From Desulfosoma sp. (lineage in GTDB: Bacteria; Desulfobacterota; Syntrophobacteria; Syntrophobacterales; DSM-9756), in assembly GCA_037481835.1 (NCBI GenBank), contig JBBFKW010000006.1, positions 152,173 to 216,172 of the forward strand: DNA of 64,000 bases, read 5' to 3'. The notes under the pieces are model-generated. The model searched no databases and was not told where the DNA came from. It worked only from the letters and a program-made list of their open reading frames with translations. This document shows, piece by piece, positions 47,097 to 57,147 of this stretch. A program made the translations under genes and the position numbers. Each line of letters starts with the position of its first letter. The first letter of the stretch is position 1.

Positions 47097-50000
47097 ATGT
47101 GGCGCAAAATATTCCTGTGGTCTTTGAGCTTTTCGTTCATATGTTGTTTTGCTGAGGTGGCACCTTGCGCCGACCAGTCGGATGACTTTTCCATCAACAC
47201 CCTTTCGAGCTACACGGTCACGCAGACGTGGACCCAGGGGGGGACGGGGCGCCTTGTCTACGATGCCGTGGGCCAGCGGGCCCGCCTGCTCACCGGCAAC
47301 GATGTGGGCACCCAGTTCGCCCACGCCGTGCCGGCCTCGGATACGGGCTCCTTCAGCGTCGATTTTCTTCCCACGGCCAAGTACCCGAACGGGGGAGCCC
47401 TCTACGTGCGGCTTCGCCAAGATGCCGGAACCTACTACGAGATGAAAAACACGGACGGCTACGGTCCCGGGTATCTTCGAAAGATCGTCAACGGCAGGAT
47501 CGTTGCCGAGGCGGCCTTCCAGAGCCAATTCACGCAAAACACCCTCTATCCCATCGCAATTCAATTCAGCCCGGCGGCCGCCACCGTGGAAGCCTTCGGC
47601 CAAACCCTTCAGGTGAACGGGGACACCACCCCCATCGTCGTGCAATCCTTCGAGATCGAACTCAAGCAGCAGGACGCCTATTTCGACAACATCCTCTACT
47701 CGACCCAGGAAAACGATCCCGGTGACACCACAGCCCCCGTGTGGGACTCCACGGTGGGGATCTGCTCGGCCCGGGACACCCGGGCCGGCGGGTCGGTTAC
47801 CGTGGAGTTCGGCACGGCCACCGATGATACGGACGGCGCCAATGTGCGCTACAACCTCTATTACGCCCCCGCCGCCACGTGGGATGCCAACCACTGGGAA
47901 AACAACACCAAGCTCGCCAATGTGACCCCCACCGCCGGCACCACCTGCGCCCGCGCCTTCACCCTCACCGGCCTCACCGACGGCGTGCAGTATGTGTTCG
48001 GCGTCCGGGTCGCCGACCAAGCCGGAAACGAAGACACCAACTCCGCCACCGCCACCGCCGTCCCCACTCGCGCCGCCACCCCTGTGCCTCAATTCGCCGA
48101 TGACTTTTCCACCGACACCCTTTCGAGCTACACGGTCACGCAGACGTGGACCCAGGGGGGGACGGGGCGCCTTGTCTACGATGCCGTGGGCCAGCGGGCC
48201 CGCCTGCTCACCGGCAACGATGTGGGCACCCAGTTCGCCCACGCCGTGCCGGCCTCGGATACGGGCTCCTTCAGCGTCGATTTTCTTCCCACGGCCAAGT
48301 ACCCGAACGGGGGAGCCCTCTACGTGCGGCTTCGCCAAGATGCCGGAACCTACTACGAGATGAAAAACACGGACGGCTACGGTCCCGGGTATCTTCGAAA
48401 GATCGTCAACGGCAGGATCGTTGCCGAGGCGGCCTTCCAGAGCCAATTCACGCAAAACACCCTCTATCCCATCGCAATTCAATTCAGCCCGGCGGCCGCC
48501 ACCGTGGAAGCCTTCGGCCAAACCCTTCAGGTGAACGGGGACACCACCCCCATCGTCGTGCAATCCTTCGAGATCGAACTCAAGCAGCAGGACGCCTATT
48601 TCGACAACATCCTCTACTCGACCCAGGAAAACGATCCCGGTGACACCACAGCCCCCGTGTGGGACTCCACGGTGGGGATCTGCTCGGCCCGGGACACCCG
48701 GGCCGGCGGGTCGGTTACCGTGGAGTTCGGCACGGCCACCGATGATACGGACGGCGCCAATGTGCGCTACAACCTCTATTACGCCCCCGCCGCCACGTGG
48801 GATGCCAACCACTGGGAAAACAACACCAAGCTCGCCAATGTGACCCCCACCGCCGGCACCACCTGCGCCCGCGCCTTCACCCTCACCGGCCTCACCGACG
48901 GCGTGCAGTATGTGTTCGGCGTCCGGGTCGCCGACCAAGCCGGAAACGAAGACACCAACTCCGTCACCGCCACCGCTACCCCGGGGTTGTTTGAAAATTT
49001 TGAAAGCGGTGCAGCGCAAGGGTGGCTTGTTGTGGACAACTCCATAACCAAGGGGAATTGGTACGTCGCCGGCGGCTTGTTGATCCAGGATGTCTATGTG
49101 CCGGCCCAGACGGAAGACGGCTACGACATCGGCACCTACGCGTTTTGGACCGGCTCGGAGTATTTCGACGGAGAAATACGCGTTCGCCTTAAGTCCGAAG
49201 GTGTCGATTGCATCGGGGTCATGTTCCGATACCAGGATGATCTTAACTACTACCGTTTTTCCATGAGCAAGAGACAAAGCTACAGAAAGCTTGAAAAACG
49301 GGTTGGCGGGGTTTTCAAAGAACTGGCGTCGGACACCGGGGCCTACACACCAGGCGCGTGGTACGAAATTCGGATCGTCAACGTCGGGCAACGGATTCTG
49401 GTCTATGTGGACGGAGAGCCCATTCTCGCGGCGGTGGACGACAGTCTCACCCATGGCTCCGTCGCGCTCTACAACAGCCGAAACGACCGGTCGGAATACG
49501 ATTCGGTGAGCATTTCCCCGCCTCCTTCCGAAACGGCAGCCGTTATCATGAGGCCCACCGCGAATTCAATTACTTCCACCCAGACCATTGATGTTCGGGT
49601 GCTCACGAACAACATGCCTGACCATGGGGGGGTGGAGCTGGTTCTGGACGTGGGCACATCGGGCGAGATTTCCCTGAGGGGAGCCCCTTCTTTGGAGGCC
49701 CCCGGTATCTACACGGGAGTTTTTGACGGCGTTCCAATAGGCAATCACACCTTGGATGTGTACGTGGTTGACGAAGCGGGTCAGCGTCTCTCCAACCCCG
49801 AAGCCCACGATCGCAACGCGCAGGTAGGAACGGGAGGGACCTCTCTATGGGGCTTCGGCGACAGCATCACCAACGGGAAGGGAGACGACGATGCTTCCGA
49901 CGACTCCTCTCAGGACGGCCGGAACAACGGCGGCGGCTACGAACCGGTTCTCAATGATTTGCTCACCGTTCAGTTCTCACACCCCCATACGGTTATTGAT

Positions 50001-50480
50001 GAAGGAACCCCGGGCGACACCTCCCTTGAGGGTGTCCACAAGGTAGACACGGCCTTGTCCAGGAACCCCGATGGCCGCTATGTTCTCATTCTCTTCGGAA
50101 CCAACGACTCCGCCGGCTCCATGCCCGTCGACAAAGACACCTTCAAGAGCAACATGGAGGCCATCCTTGTGAAGGTTTTGAATGCGGGGCAGATTCCCTT
50201 GCTTGGGAAAGTTCCCATCGCCTTGGGCGCCTATAGCCATTCAGAGCCCTACGCCGACCCCTCGACGGCCCCGAGAAACGCGATCGTCATCGCAAGTTAC
50301 AACGAAGCCATCGACGAACTCGTAGCTCAGTACGGGCTCCCAATCCCTCCTGATTTCTATACTTACTTCGAAAACCATCAAGATGAATTCTCCGACAACC
50401 TCCACCCCAACGGTCAGGGCTACCGCTCCATGGCAACCCTTTGGTTTGAGTCTATTGTTTTCGGACAGGAGGCTGATTAA
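47097..50480 (+). CDS. Secreted multidomain protein: duplicated beta-rich/FN3-like module, lectin-like domain, C-terminal SGNH/GDSL hydrolase
   Basis: Signal peptide; DTTAP...YVFGVRVADQAGNE twice; FGDSIT, GTND and DNLHP SGNH blocks. Confidence 0.8.
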   Translation: MWRKIFLWSLSFSFICCFAEVAPCADQSDDFSINTLSSYTVTQTWTQGGTGRLVYDAVGQRARLLTGNDVGTQFAHAVPASDTGSFSVDFLPTAKYPNGGALYVRLRQDAGTYYEMKNTDGYGPGYLRKIVNGRIVAEAAFQSQFTQNTLYPIAIQFSPAAATVEAFGQTLQVNGDTTPIVVQSFEIELKQQDAYFDNILYSTQENDPGDTTAPVWDSTVGICSARDTRAGGSVTVEFGTATDDTDGANVRYNLYYAPAATWDANHWENNTKLANVTPTAGTTCARAFTLTGLTDGVQYVFGVRVADQAGNEDTNSATATAVPTRAATPVPQFADDFSTDTLSSYTVTQTWTQGGTGRLVYDAVGQRARLLTGNDVGTQFAHAVPASDTGSFSVDFLPTAKYPNGGALYVRLRQDAGTYYEMKNTDGYGPGYLRKIVNGRIVAEAAFQSQFTQNTLYPIAIQFSPAAATVEAFGQTLQVNGDTTPIVVQSFEIELKQQDAYFDNILYSTQENDPGDTTAPVWDSTVGICSARDTRAGGSVTVEFGTATDDTDGANVRYNLYYAPAATWDANHWENNTKLANVTPTAGTTCARAFTLTGLTDGVQYVFGVRVADQAGNEDTNSVTATATPGLFENFESGAAQGWLVVDNSITKGNWYVAGGLLIQDVYVPAQTEDGYDIGTYAFWTGSEYFDGEIRVRLKSEGVDCIGVMFRYQDDLNYYRFSMSKRQSYRKLEKRVGGVFKELASDTGAYTPGAWYEIRIVNVGQRILVYVDGEPILAAVDDSLTHGSVALYNSRNDRSEYDSVSISPPPSETAAVIMRPTANSITSTQTIDVRVLTNNMPDHGGVELVLDVGTSGEISLRGAPSLEAPGIYTGVFDGVPIGNHTLDVYVVDEAGQRLSNPEAHDRNAQVGTGGTSLWGFGDSITNGKGDDDASDDSSQDGRNNGGGYEPVLNDLLTVQFSHPHTVIDEGTPGDTSLEGVHKVDTALSRNPDGRYVLILFGTNDSAGSMPVDKDTFKSNMEAILVKVLNAGQIPLLGKVPIALGAYSHSEPYADPSTAPRNAIVIASYNEAIDELVAQYGLPIPPDFYTYFENHQDEFSDNLHPNGQGYRSMATLWFESIVFGQEAD
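47181..48977 (+). repeat. Near-perfect internal duplication of ~880 bp (period 918 bp)
   Basis: 47181-48059 and 48099-48977 are near-identical; even off-frame ORFs (47228/48146, 47722/48640) translate identically. Confidence 0.95.
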
Positions 50481-50887
50481 TGAAAACCTTACGGTTTGCC
50501 CTCTTGGTTGCGATGCTTTCCGGCATCTTTTCGTCCGCACAGCCCGGCACTGCATCCGCCGCCATGTACAGGGACCCGCTGGCTCTCGTCCAAGGCTATT
50601 TTTTCGCCTTGAAGACGGGAAACACCTTGGCCCTGTCCTCCATGATCAAGGGGAAGCTCAAGGAAAGCAGACACCAAGTCCTCCACGACCGTCCCGGCTA
50701 TGCTCGTTTTTTGAGAGACTATTACAAAGCCGCTGAACTTCAAGATGTGGACATTGAGTATATGAGCCCCAATGAAGCCAAGTGCACCCTGCACGTTCGG
50801 CAAGGCATGGACACGGTGAGGTTTCAGCTCTTGCTCGAATATTCCGAACAGGATGGCTGGAAAATCGTCGACGAACTGCTGGAGTGA
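50480..50887 (+). CDS. Small exported hypothetical protein
   Basis: Signal peptide ending in ASA; C-terminal GWKIVDE (NTF2-like ending); translationally coupled to the previous gene. Confidence 0.65.
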   Translation: MKTLRFALLVAMLSGIFSSAQPGTASAAMYRDPLALVQGYFFALKTGNTLALSSMIKGKLKESRHQVLHDRPGYARFLRDYYKAAELQDVDIEYMSPNEAKCTLHVRQGMDTVRFQLLLEYSEQDGWKIVDELLE

Positions 50888-50906
50888 GAGCAAGAGGACG
50901 GGTGCC

Positions 50907-51885
50907 GTGAGAAAGCATTCATGGGCCTTCAGTGCAGTGCTGTGCACGGCGTTGATTCTCGTCGCGTTTTCCCATTACAGACATGGCCTTCAAAAGGAGT
51001 GGAGAAAACTCGCCCACGTCGTTTCGGGGGGGGTCTCTTCTGGATCTTCGGCCGGCTGGCGGAGATCCTCAATCCATTTCTTTTTCATCCCAAGGGCTTA
51101 AGATCGCTGCAGACCTCTATGAAGCGGCACGCAATGGGCCATGCATCCTCTTGCTCCATGGGACTCACGAGTTGGGTAGAAAGCAACCCGTCATGTTGGC
51201 CCTTGCCGCAAACTTCCACAAGCTCGGCTATACTGTATTGGCCTTGGATTTTCGCGGCTACAACGATTCGGAAGATCCGCCCACCGTGTTATCGTTGAAA
51301 GACCTGGATTTTGCACAGGACGCAATCTCGGGGCTGGATTATCTGACGAGACATGCCTCTGTGAATCCATCGAAAATTTTCATCGTCGGGCATTCTTTCG
51401 GGGCTGGCGTGGCCTTGGAAGTCATCCAAAGGGATGCCAGGGCGGCAAAGCTGGTGTTGATCGGCCCTCCCCGGAGGGTCCAACAAAAAATCCTGGATCC
51501 CTCGGCTCCCACCCGGGATTATCTATTGACGCGCTTTGCGCGTCATATGCGGTTGGCCTCCATCCCCCCGGTCGCCCTTTGTGAGCAAAGCATTCGAAAG
51601 AGAGATATTTCGACCTATTTGGAAGACCTGAACGCCAGGCCCCATATTCCGATTTTACTGATCGACGGTTCTGAAGAAGAACCAGCCGATAGACTCTTTC
51701 TTGAAGACGTCTATCAAAATCTTTCTCCCCCGAAAACGTACTGGACCGTCCCTCACAGCGATCACTACCTGAATACGGACTCTATCTTCGGGCATGCTGT
51801 CTATTCCCGCCGCATCCTTGAGCCCGTTGTCTTGAATATCGATCTATGGCTGAAGGACGGCAATGACAGTTTTCATTTCAATTAG
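50907..51885 (+). pseudogene. Alpha/beta hydrolase, apparently frameshifted at a G8 tract (51026-51033)
   Basis: LLHG and GHSFG nucleophile motif in the 50983-51885 frame; a signal-anchor N-terminus from GTG 50907 in another frame; G7 would join the two. Confidence 0.6.
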
Positions 51886-51982
51886 AGACCGATAGGCCTT
51901 TTGCACCTTCCTAAGGTGTTTTCCTTAGGAAGACGGCCTCCAGTGGCCCGTGCCGCGGTCATTGTCCATTGGAAGACCCGTC

Positions 51983-52561
51983 ATGCCCTCTCCGGTGGCC
52001 CATGCAGCCGTCGGTTATTTCGTTTACAAGGCGGTCGCCGTGCGCCGGCAGCCTTCCGCGGCCGCCCGGGGGGGCCGCCCTTCGCCTCTGCTCATGCTCA
52101 CCGTCGGCATGTCCTTGTTTCCCGACGTGGACGTCCTTGCGGGGATCGCGGCGGGCGATATCCAAGCCTTTCACAATGCGGCCATGAGCAGCCTGGCGGC
52201 GGCGCTTATCGCCTCCCTGCTCGCGGCCGCGGCATTTCGGGTTATATATCGCGAGAAGCCTCTCTTTGCGTTCGCTGTGGCCTTTCTTTGTTACGGCGTC
52301 CACCTTCTCATGGACTTTTTCACTTCCGGTCGAGGTGTGATGCTCCTGTGGCCCTTTTTCTCCGATCGATTCGTTTCCCCCGTGAAGCTCTTCTACGGCC
52401 TTCATTATTCGGACGGCCTCCTGAGCGCACGGCACCTGTGGACGGCTCTCTCCGAACTCTTGTTCGTTCTTCTCCTTCTTGGTGCAATTCATCTCATGAA
52501 GACTCGCTTGGCGAATGGAACCTCTTGTGAGATCAACGAAAGCTTTGAAAAGAAGGCCTGA
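51983..52561 (+). CDS. Membrane-bound metal-dependent hydrolase (YdjM-like)
   Basis: MPSPVAHA, PDVD, HLLMD, LLWPF. Confidence 0.75.
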   Translation: MPSPVAHAAVGYFVYKAVAVRRQPSAAARGGRPSPLLMLTVGMSLFPDVDVLAGIAAGDIQAFHNAAMSSLAAALIASLLAAAAFRVIYREKPLFAFAVAFLCYGVHLLMDFFTSGRGVMLLWPFFSDRFVSPVKLFYGLHYSDGLLSARHLWTALSELLFVLLLLGAIHLMKTRLANGTSCEINESFEKKA

Positions 52562-52582
52562 ATTCCAACCTGGCCCGGAAAG

Positions 52583-54256
52583 GTGCTTCACGTGATGGGC
52601 ACGCCACTCCGCCGCTTCGTCAAGGGAAGCCTCCAGTCCAAGGGGCTGCTCCTCCTTATCATCGTCATCGGCATCTCTTTCAGGGTCGTGGATACGGCCG
52701 AGGTGGGACTGGGATTTAATGAACCGATGCATATCTACGCCGCCAAATCTCTGCTCGAGGGTCGGGGACCCGAACTCCCTTCCGGCTTGGTCTATAAGCG
52801 TGCCCTGCTTTTTACCTATACGGTTGCCGGCTCGTTTAAGATGTTCGGAGTCAATCTTCTTTCAGCACGCCTGCCGAGCATCGTCTTCGGCATGCTCTCC
52901 GTGTTGCTGATTTTCACCGTAGGAAAGCGTTTTTTCGGTGCCACCGCCGCAATGATCGCCGCGTTTCTGATGGCGGCCGTCCCTTTTGAGATTACCTGGG
53001 CCAGGGCATGCCGAATGTATGCCATGTACCAGTTCTTCTTCCTTCTAGGATTTTTCGCGTTCTACCACGGCTTTGAGACAACCGAGCTTGCCGATGAAAA
53101 GGCGCGCCGTTCATGGATCGAAAAGCCGGCGATGCGTTGGGGTTGGCTCTTGACCAGCGCTCTGTCCATGCTCGTCGCTTTCCACCTGCAGCCGCTGGCG
53201 GCGGTGCTCGGCGCGGGCATTCTCATTTATCTTCTTTCCATGTTCGTGTTTACCGGGTTCGGCCGGGGTTTCGCCATAGCAATGAGGTCCAAGTATTTTT
53301 GGTTTGCCTTAGTTCTGCTGCTTCCGTTGCCACTGGTTTTTGCCGTGCCCCAACTGTACGCCAAGCTGGATGCGGCTTATCGCTTCGCGCCGGAATGGGC
53401 TTCGAAAAAGGGGGTCTCCCCCCTTTACTATGCCCGTTTTCTTGTCGGGCCCACGTTGTTTCCCATCACGGTTTTCGCGGCAGTGGGAATTCTCCAAGGG
53501 GTTTCTCGATTGAATCGTGCAGCGTATTATACTGCCACAGTCTTCTGCATACCGCTTATATTCCATTCGCTCTTGGCCAAAGCTCAGTCATACAGGTATA
53601 TTTATGATGTTTTTCCTCTCTTGATTCTGCTGGCCGCCTATGGCATGGCCAATATACTGAATGCGGAACTGGAAACCCTCCAACAGCGCTTGACTGCAGG
53701 TTTGAGGACTAGCCGTAATTACGCGGCATTCCAGGCGGTCCTTGTCGTCATTCTTCTGGGAATCCTCTTTTCCCCCTTGGCCTTCGCCCTTAACGACGCC
53801 CTGCACATTTCCAAGGGGCGCATGGCGCCCCTTGGCGGCGAATTCAATGCCCAATGGGCAGCGGCCTGCCGTTACGTTAACAAGCACTGGAAAGACGGGG
53901 ACATTCTCGTGGCCAGCATTCCCCTGGCCGCAGAATTTCACGGCTGCAAGCGGGTGCACTACAGTCTGGACAATGGAGAAATCGACCAATTTCGAAAGAT
54001 CGAGGGGCAACGTTTTCAACTTCACCCATTTGCCGATGCGAAAACGATTATCGACTTGCAGGACCTGTACACGGTCCTTGAACTTCACCCTCGAGGATGG
54101 ATGGTGCTGGACAAGGGGCGCTTCCTTTCAGGAAACACCCCCGAGGATGTGAGGGAATACCTTTTGACGCACCTTGAAGAACAAAAAACCACGGCGTCCG
54201 ATACGATCCTGGTGTTTCATTGGGATAAGAATCACGCCATGCACCAGGTCAAGTAG
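52583..54256 (+). CDS. GT-C (ArnT/PMT family) membrane glycosyltransferase
   Basis: NEPMH, ARLPSIVFG, RMYA, many TM helices. Confidence 0.8.
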   Translation: MLHVMGTPLRRFVKGSLQSKGLLLLIIVIGISFRVVDTAEVGLGFNEPMHIYAAKSLLEGRGPELPSGLVYKRALLFTYTVAGSFKMFGVNLLSARLPSIVFGMLSVLLIFTVGKRFFGATAAMIAAFLMAAVPFEITWARACRMYAMYQFFFLLGFFAFYHGFETTELADEKARRSWIEKPAMRWGWLLTSALSMLVAFHLQPLAAVLGAGILIYLLSMFVFTGFGRGFAIAMRSKYFWFALVLLLPLPLVFAVPQLYAKLDAAYRFAPEWASKKGVSPLYYARFLVGPTLFPITVFAAVGILQGVSRLNRAAYYTATVFCIPLIFHSLLAKAQSYRYIYDVFPLLILLAAYGMANILNAELETLQQRLTAGLRTSRNYAAFQAVLVVILLGILFSPLAFALNDALHISKGRMAPLGGEFNAQWAAACRYVNKHWKDGDILVASIPLAAEFHGCKRVHYSLDNGEIDQFRKIEGQRFQLHPFADAKTIIDLQDLYTVLELHPRGWMVLDKGRFLSGNTPEDVREYLLTHLEEQKTTASDTILVFHWDKNHAMHQVK

Positions 54257-54284
54257 AAGACAGATCCCCATCGTGCCGCACAGT

Positions 54285-55820
54285 ATGCCAGCCGTTGCGA
54301 AAGCGCAGACAACATCCATCGGGCGGCAGACCGCCTCCCAAGGTGAATCGGATATCGCCCGAAAGATCATTTCCGGGGCGTCCTGGCTTTTTGCCCTCAA
54401 ATTGTCGACCCGCGGGATCGGTTTTGTGTCCACCCTCATCTTGGCAAGGTTTCTGACGCCTGCGGACTTTGGGGTTCTCGGGATCGCCATGTTGAGCATT
54501 TCCCTGCTCCAGACGCTTTCCCAAACGGGCTTCGAAGGGGCTCTGATCCATAAGAAGGGGGATATCTCGGAATTTTTGGATTCAGCGTGGGTCATTTCCG
54601 TCGTCCGCGGTTTGGTTCTGACGTCGATTTTGTTCTTCTCGGCGCCTTTTGTGGCCTCTTTCTTTGGCAGTCCCCAAGCCGGGGCCATCCTGAAAGTTCT
54701 GGCGTTCGTACCCTTTTTGGAGGGCTTGAACAATGTGGGCCTTGTTTTTTTTAAAAAAGAAATGGACTTTAAAAAGCTTTTCATTTTCGAACTGTGCGGC
54801 CAAGTGGTGCATGTCCTCGTAGCGGTTCCCCTGGCCCTTGTGTACCCCAACGTCTGGGCCCTGGTTGTCGCCATGATTGCAAGCAGGGCCGCTATGCTTT
54901 TCATCTCCTACAAAATGCATCCTTATCGGCCTTCGATAAGAATCAATTGGAAAATGGCCAATGAACTATTCGCTTTTGGAAAATGGCTGCTGGGCAGCCA
55001 GATCGTTCTTTACTTCATCAACCAAGGAGACAATCTTTTCGTCGGCAAGATCCTCGGGACGGTGGCTTTGGGATTTTACGCCATGGCCTATAAAATCTCC
55101 TTCTTGGCAGTTACCGAAGTGACTTTCGTGATCTCCAAGGTGATGTTTCCCGCTTACTCACAGCTTCAGGACAACCGGAATGGGTTGCAGAAAGCTTACC
55201 TGGGAATGCTCACCGTGCTGGCCTTCGTGTCCATGCCGCTGAGCGGCATGATCTTCCTGTTGGCCGAGGACTTTGTGAGCATCGTCCTCGGGGCGAAATG
55301 GCTTCCCATCTATCCGATCATCCAAGTCTTCGCTTTTTCCGCCATGCTGCGGTCGGTCAGCTCCACCACGGGGGCCCTTTTCCAGGGAATCGGACGGCCC
55401 GACATTACGGCAAAGCTTGTCAGCATTCGACTGGCCATCATCGCCCTGTTGATCTATCCCTTGACCGTGCTTTGGGGGATGGTGGGAACCGCTCTGGCGA
55501 TTCTGGTCAGCAGCGCTGTGGTCGATCCTGTCGCCTTGACGCTCGGAAGCCGATTGATCGCCTTGGACATGAAGGCTTTCTTGTCGGCCCTGCTGTTGCC
55601 CCTGGGAAACACTTTGGTCTGCCTGGTCCTTTCAATGGCCGTCAAAGCCCTTTTTGTGCACCTCCAGGGCATATGGATTGCGGCCGTCATGCTGGTCGTT
55701 TTCGGATGCGCCTACGTCTGCATCTCCTATATCCTCCAACACTTCTGGGAATACCAAGCCCCTAGTTTTATGAGAAAAGTCGCTTCCCACATTATCGCAG
55801 CCAAAGCGCGGCCCGCTTAA
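54285..55820 (+). CDS. Wzx-type polysaccharide flippase
   Basis: LARFLTPADFG, DNLFVGKILG...LGFYAMAY, VMFPAYS. Start uncertain. Confidence 0.9.
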   Translation: MPAVAKAQTTSIGRQTASQGESDIARKIISGASWLFALKLSTRGIGFVSTLILARFLTPADFGVLGIAMLSISLLQTLSQTGFEGALIHKKGDISEFLDSAWVISVVRGLVLTSILFFSAPFVASFFGSPQAGAILKVLAFVPFLEGLNNVGLVFFKKEMDFKKLFIFELCGQVVHVLVAVPLALVYPNVWALVVAMIASRAAMLFISYKMHPYRPSIRINWKMANELFAFGKWLLGSQIVLYFINQGDNLFVGKILGTVALGFYAMAYKISFLAVTEVTFVISKVMFPAYSQLQDNRNGLQKAYLGMLTVLAFVSMPLSGMIFLLAEDFVSIVLGAKWLPIYPIIQVFAFSAMLRSVSSTTGALFQGIGRPDITAKLVSIRLAIIALLIYPLTVLWGMVGTALAILVSSAVVDPVALTLGSRLIALDMKAFLSALLLPLGNTLVCLVLSMAVKALFVHLQGIWIAAVMLVVFGCAYVCISYILQHFWEYQAPSFMRKVASHIIAAKARPA

Positions 55821-55855
55821 CCTCGAAACACACCACCACTATGGGAATGTGAGTC

Positions 55856-57058
55856 ATGAAGAACATTCTTTTCGTATCCGATTATCCCTTTCCCCTTGAC
55901 AAGGGGTCATTCCAACACGCGTATGTTTACCTCAAAACGCTTGCGGCCCGCTTCAACGTCTACGGCGTCTTCTTTTTGCCGACAGATACGCCGCAGCCAC
56001 CCCGGGAGGAAGCTCTCCGTTTTCTAGGGGAAATGGGCGTACGCCGCTATGAATTTTGCCGCTATGCGGACAGCGCATACCGGGGTCGCTTCTTCGGCGC
56101 CCTGGAGGAACTGACAGCGTTTCCCTATCTCTACATGAAAAAGGCCACCCATGCGGAAGGCGCTAATATCATCAATAAGTTCATCCACAAGTATTCTATT
56201 GATATCGTCCACTTTGAATCTCTCCACTACACCGGATACGCTTTTTGCACGCCGCGGCACGTAAGAAAAGTGCTCGTCTACCATGATCTACACCACCTCG
56301 TTGATCTCCACCATATTCGCTTTGAAAGGAGTTACTTTAATCGTTTCGTTTTGCTTCCCTTCTCAGCTCTGAAAAAATATATATACCAACTCATGCTCGA
56401 AGATAAAGTGGATTTGAAGATCTTTTTAAACGGAGAGGAAATGAGTCGACTTCCGAGAAACTCCGTTCACGTGCCCCACGTGGTGAACCCTCAGATACGC
56501 TACCGAGAACCTAAAGACAAAACGTCGCTGAACGTTCTTTTTGTCGGTGGATACTGCCATCCCCCAAACCGTGTTTCCTTTCGCTTTCTTTTGGACGAAA
56601 TCCTTCCGGAGCTGATGAAAAAAACACGGCGCTTTACTCTCCAGATCGTCGGAAATGGTACGGAAAGGTTCGCTCCTCATGTTCTTGCCAAGAAACTCAA
56701 TGGTTTCGTTCGCATCAAGGGCTTCGTACCGGACATCAATGATGTTTTCTCTGAAGCGGACATCGCCCTATTTCCCATTTTGTACGGCGGAGGGATCAAG
56801 ACGAAAGTCATTGAGGCCATGGCGGCCGGAATCCCGGTGGTCACAACCCCTCAGGGCGTCTACGGTCTGAAAGACTTACCTCCCGGCACGATTGGAATAG
56901 GCCGATCCCGTAATGAACTCATCGATCAATTGATCCTTCTGATGGATGACCCCTCCCTGCGGGTCGAGCGATCCAGGAAAGGGAAAGAGTACATCGAGAG
57001 AAATCATTCGATGGAGCGGCTGGAAGAAAAACTCGTGCCCATCTATGCCGGGCTGTGA
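55856..57058 (+). CDS. Glycosyltransferase family 4
   Basis: FVGGYCHPPN, GGIKTKVIEAMAAGIPVVTT. Confidence 0.88.
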   Translation: MKNILFVSDYPFPLDKGSFQHAYVYLKTLAARFNVYGVFFLPTDTPQPPREEALRFLGEMGVRRYEFCRYADSAYRGRFFGALEELTAFPYLYMKKATHAEGANIINKFIHKYSIDIVHFESLHYTGYAFCTPRHVRKVLVYHDLHHLVDLHHIRFERSYFNRFVLLPFSALKKYIYQLMLEDKVDLKIFLNGEEMSRLPRNSVHVPHVVNPQIRYREPKDKTSLNVLFVGGYCHPPNRVSFRFLLDEILPELMKKTRRFTLQIVGNGTERFAPHVLAKKLNGFVRIKGFVPDINDVFSEADIALFPILYGGGIKTKVIEAMAAGIPVVTTPQGVYGLKDLPPGTIGIGRSRNELIDQLILLMDDPSLRVERSRKGKEYIERNHSMERLEEKLVPIYAGL

Positions 57059-57147
57059 CCTTTAAGGCGGCCCAATCATTTGGCTCACTCGGATGCAAGG
57101 CGTCGCTTGAGCACCCGCGGGAAACGTGCCGCCAGAAGAGGCGTTCC

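Noticed and set aside
46848..49454. 868-aa minus-strand ORF and similar long antisense ORFs (844-2394, 11635-13305)
   Set aside because: Shadow frames of GC-rich genes that have clear plus-strand family motifs.
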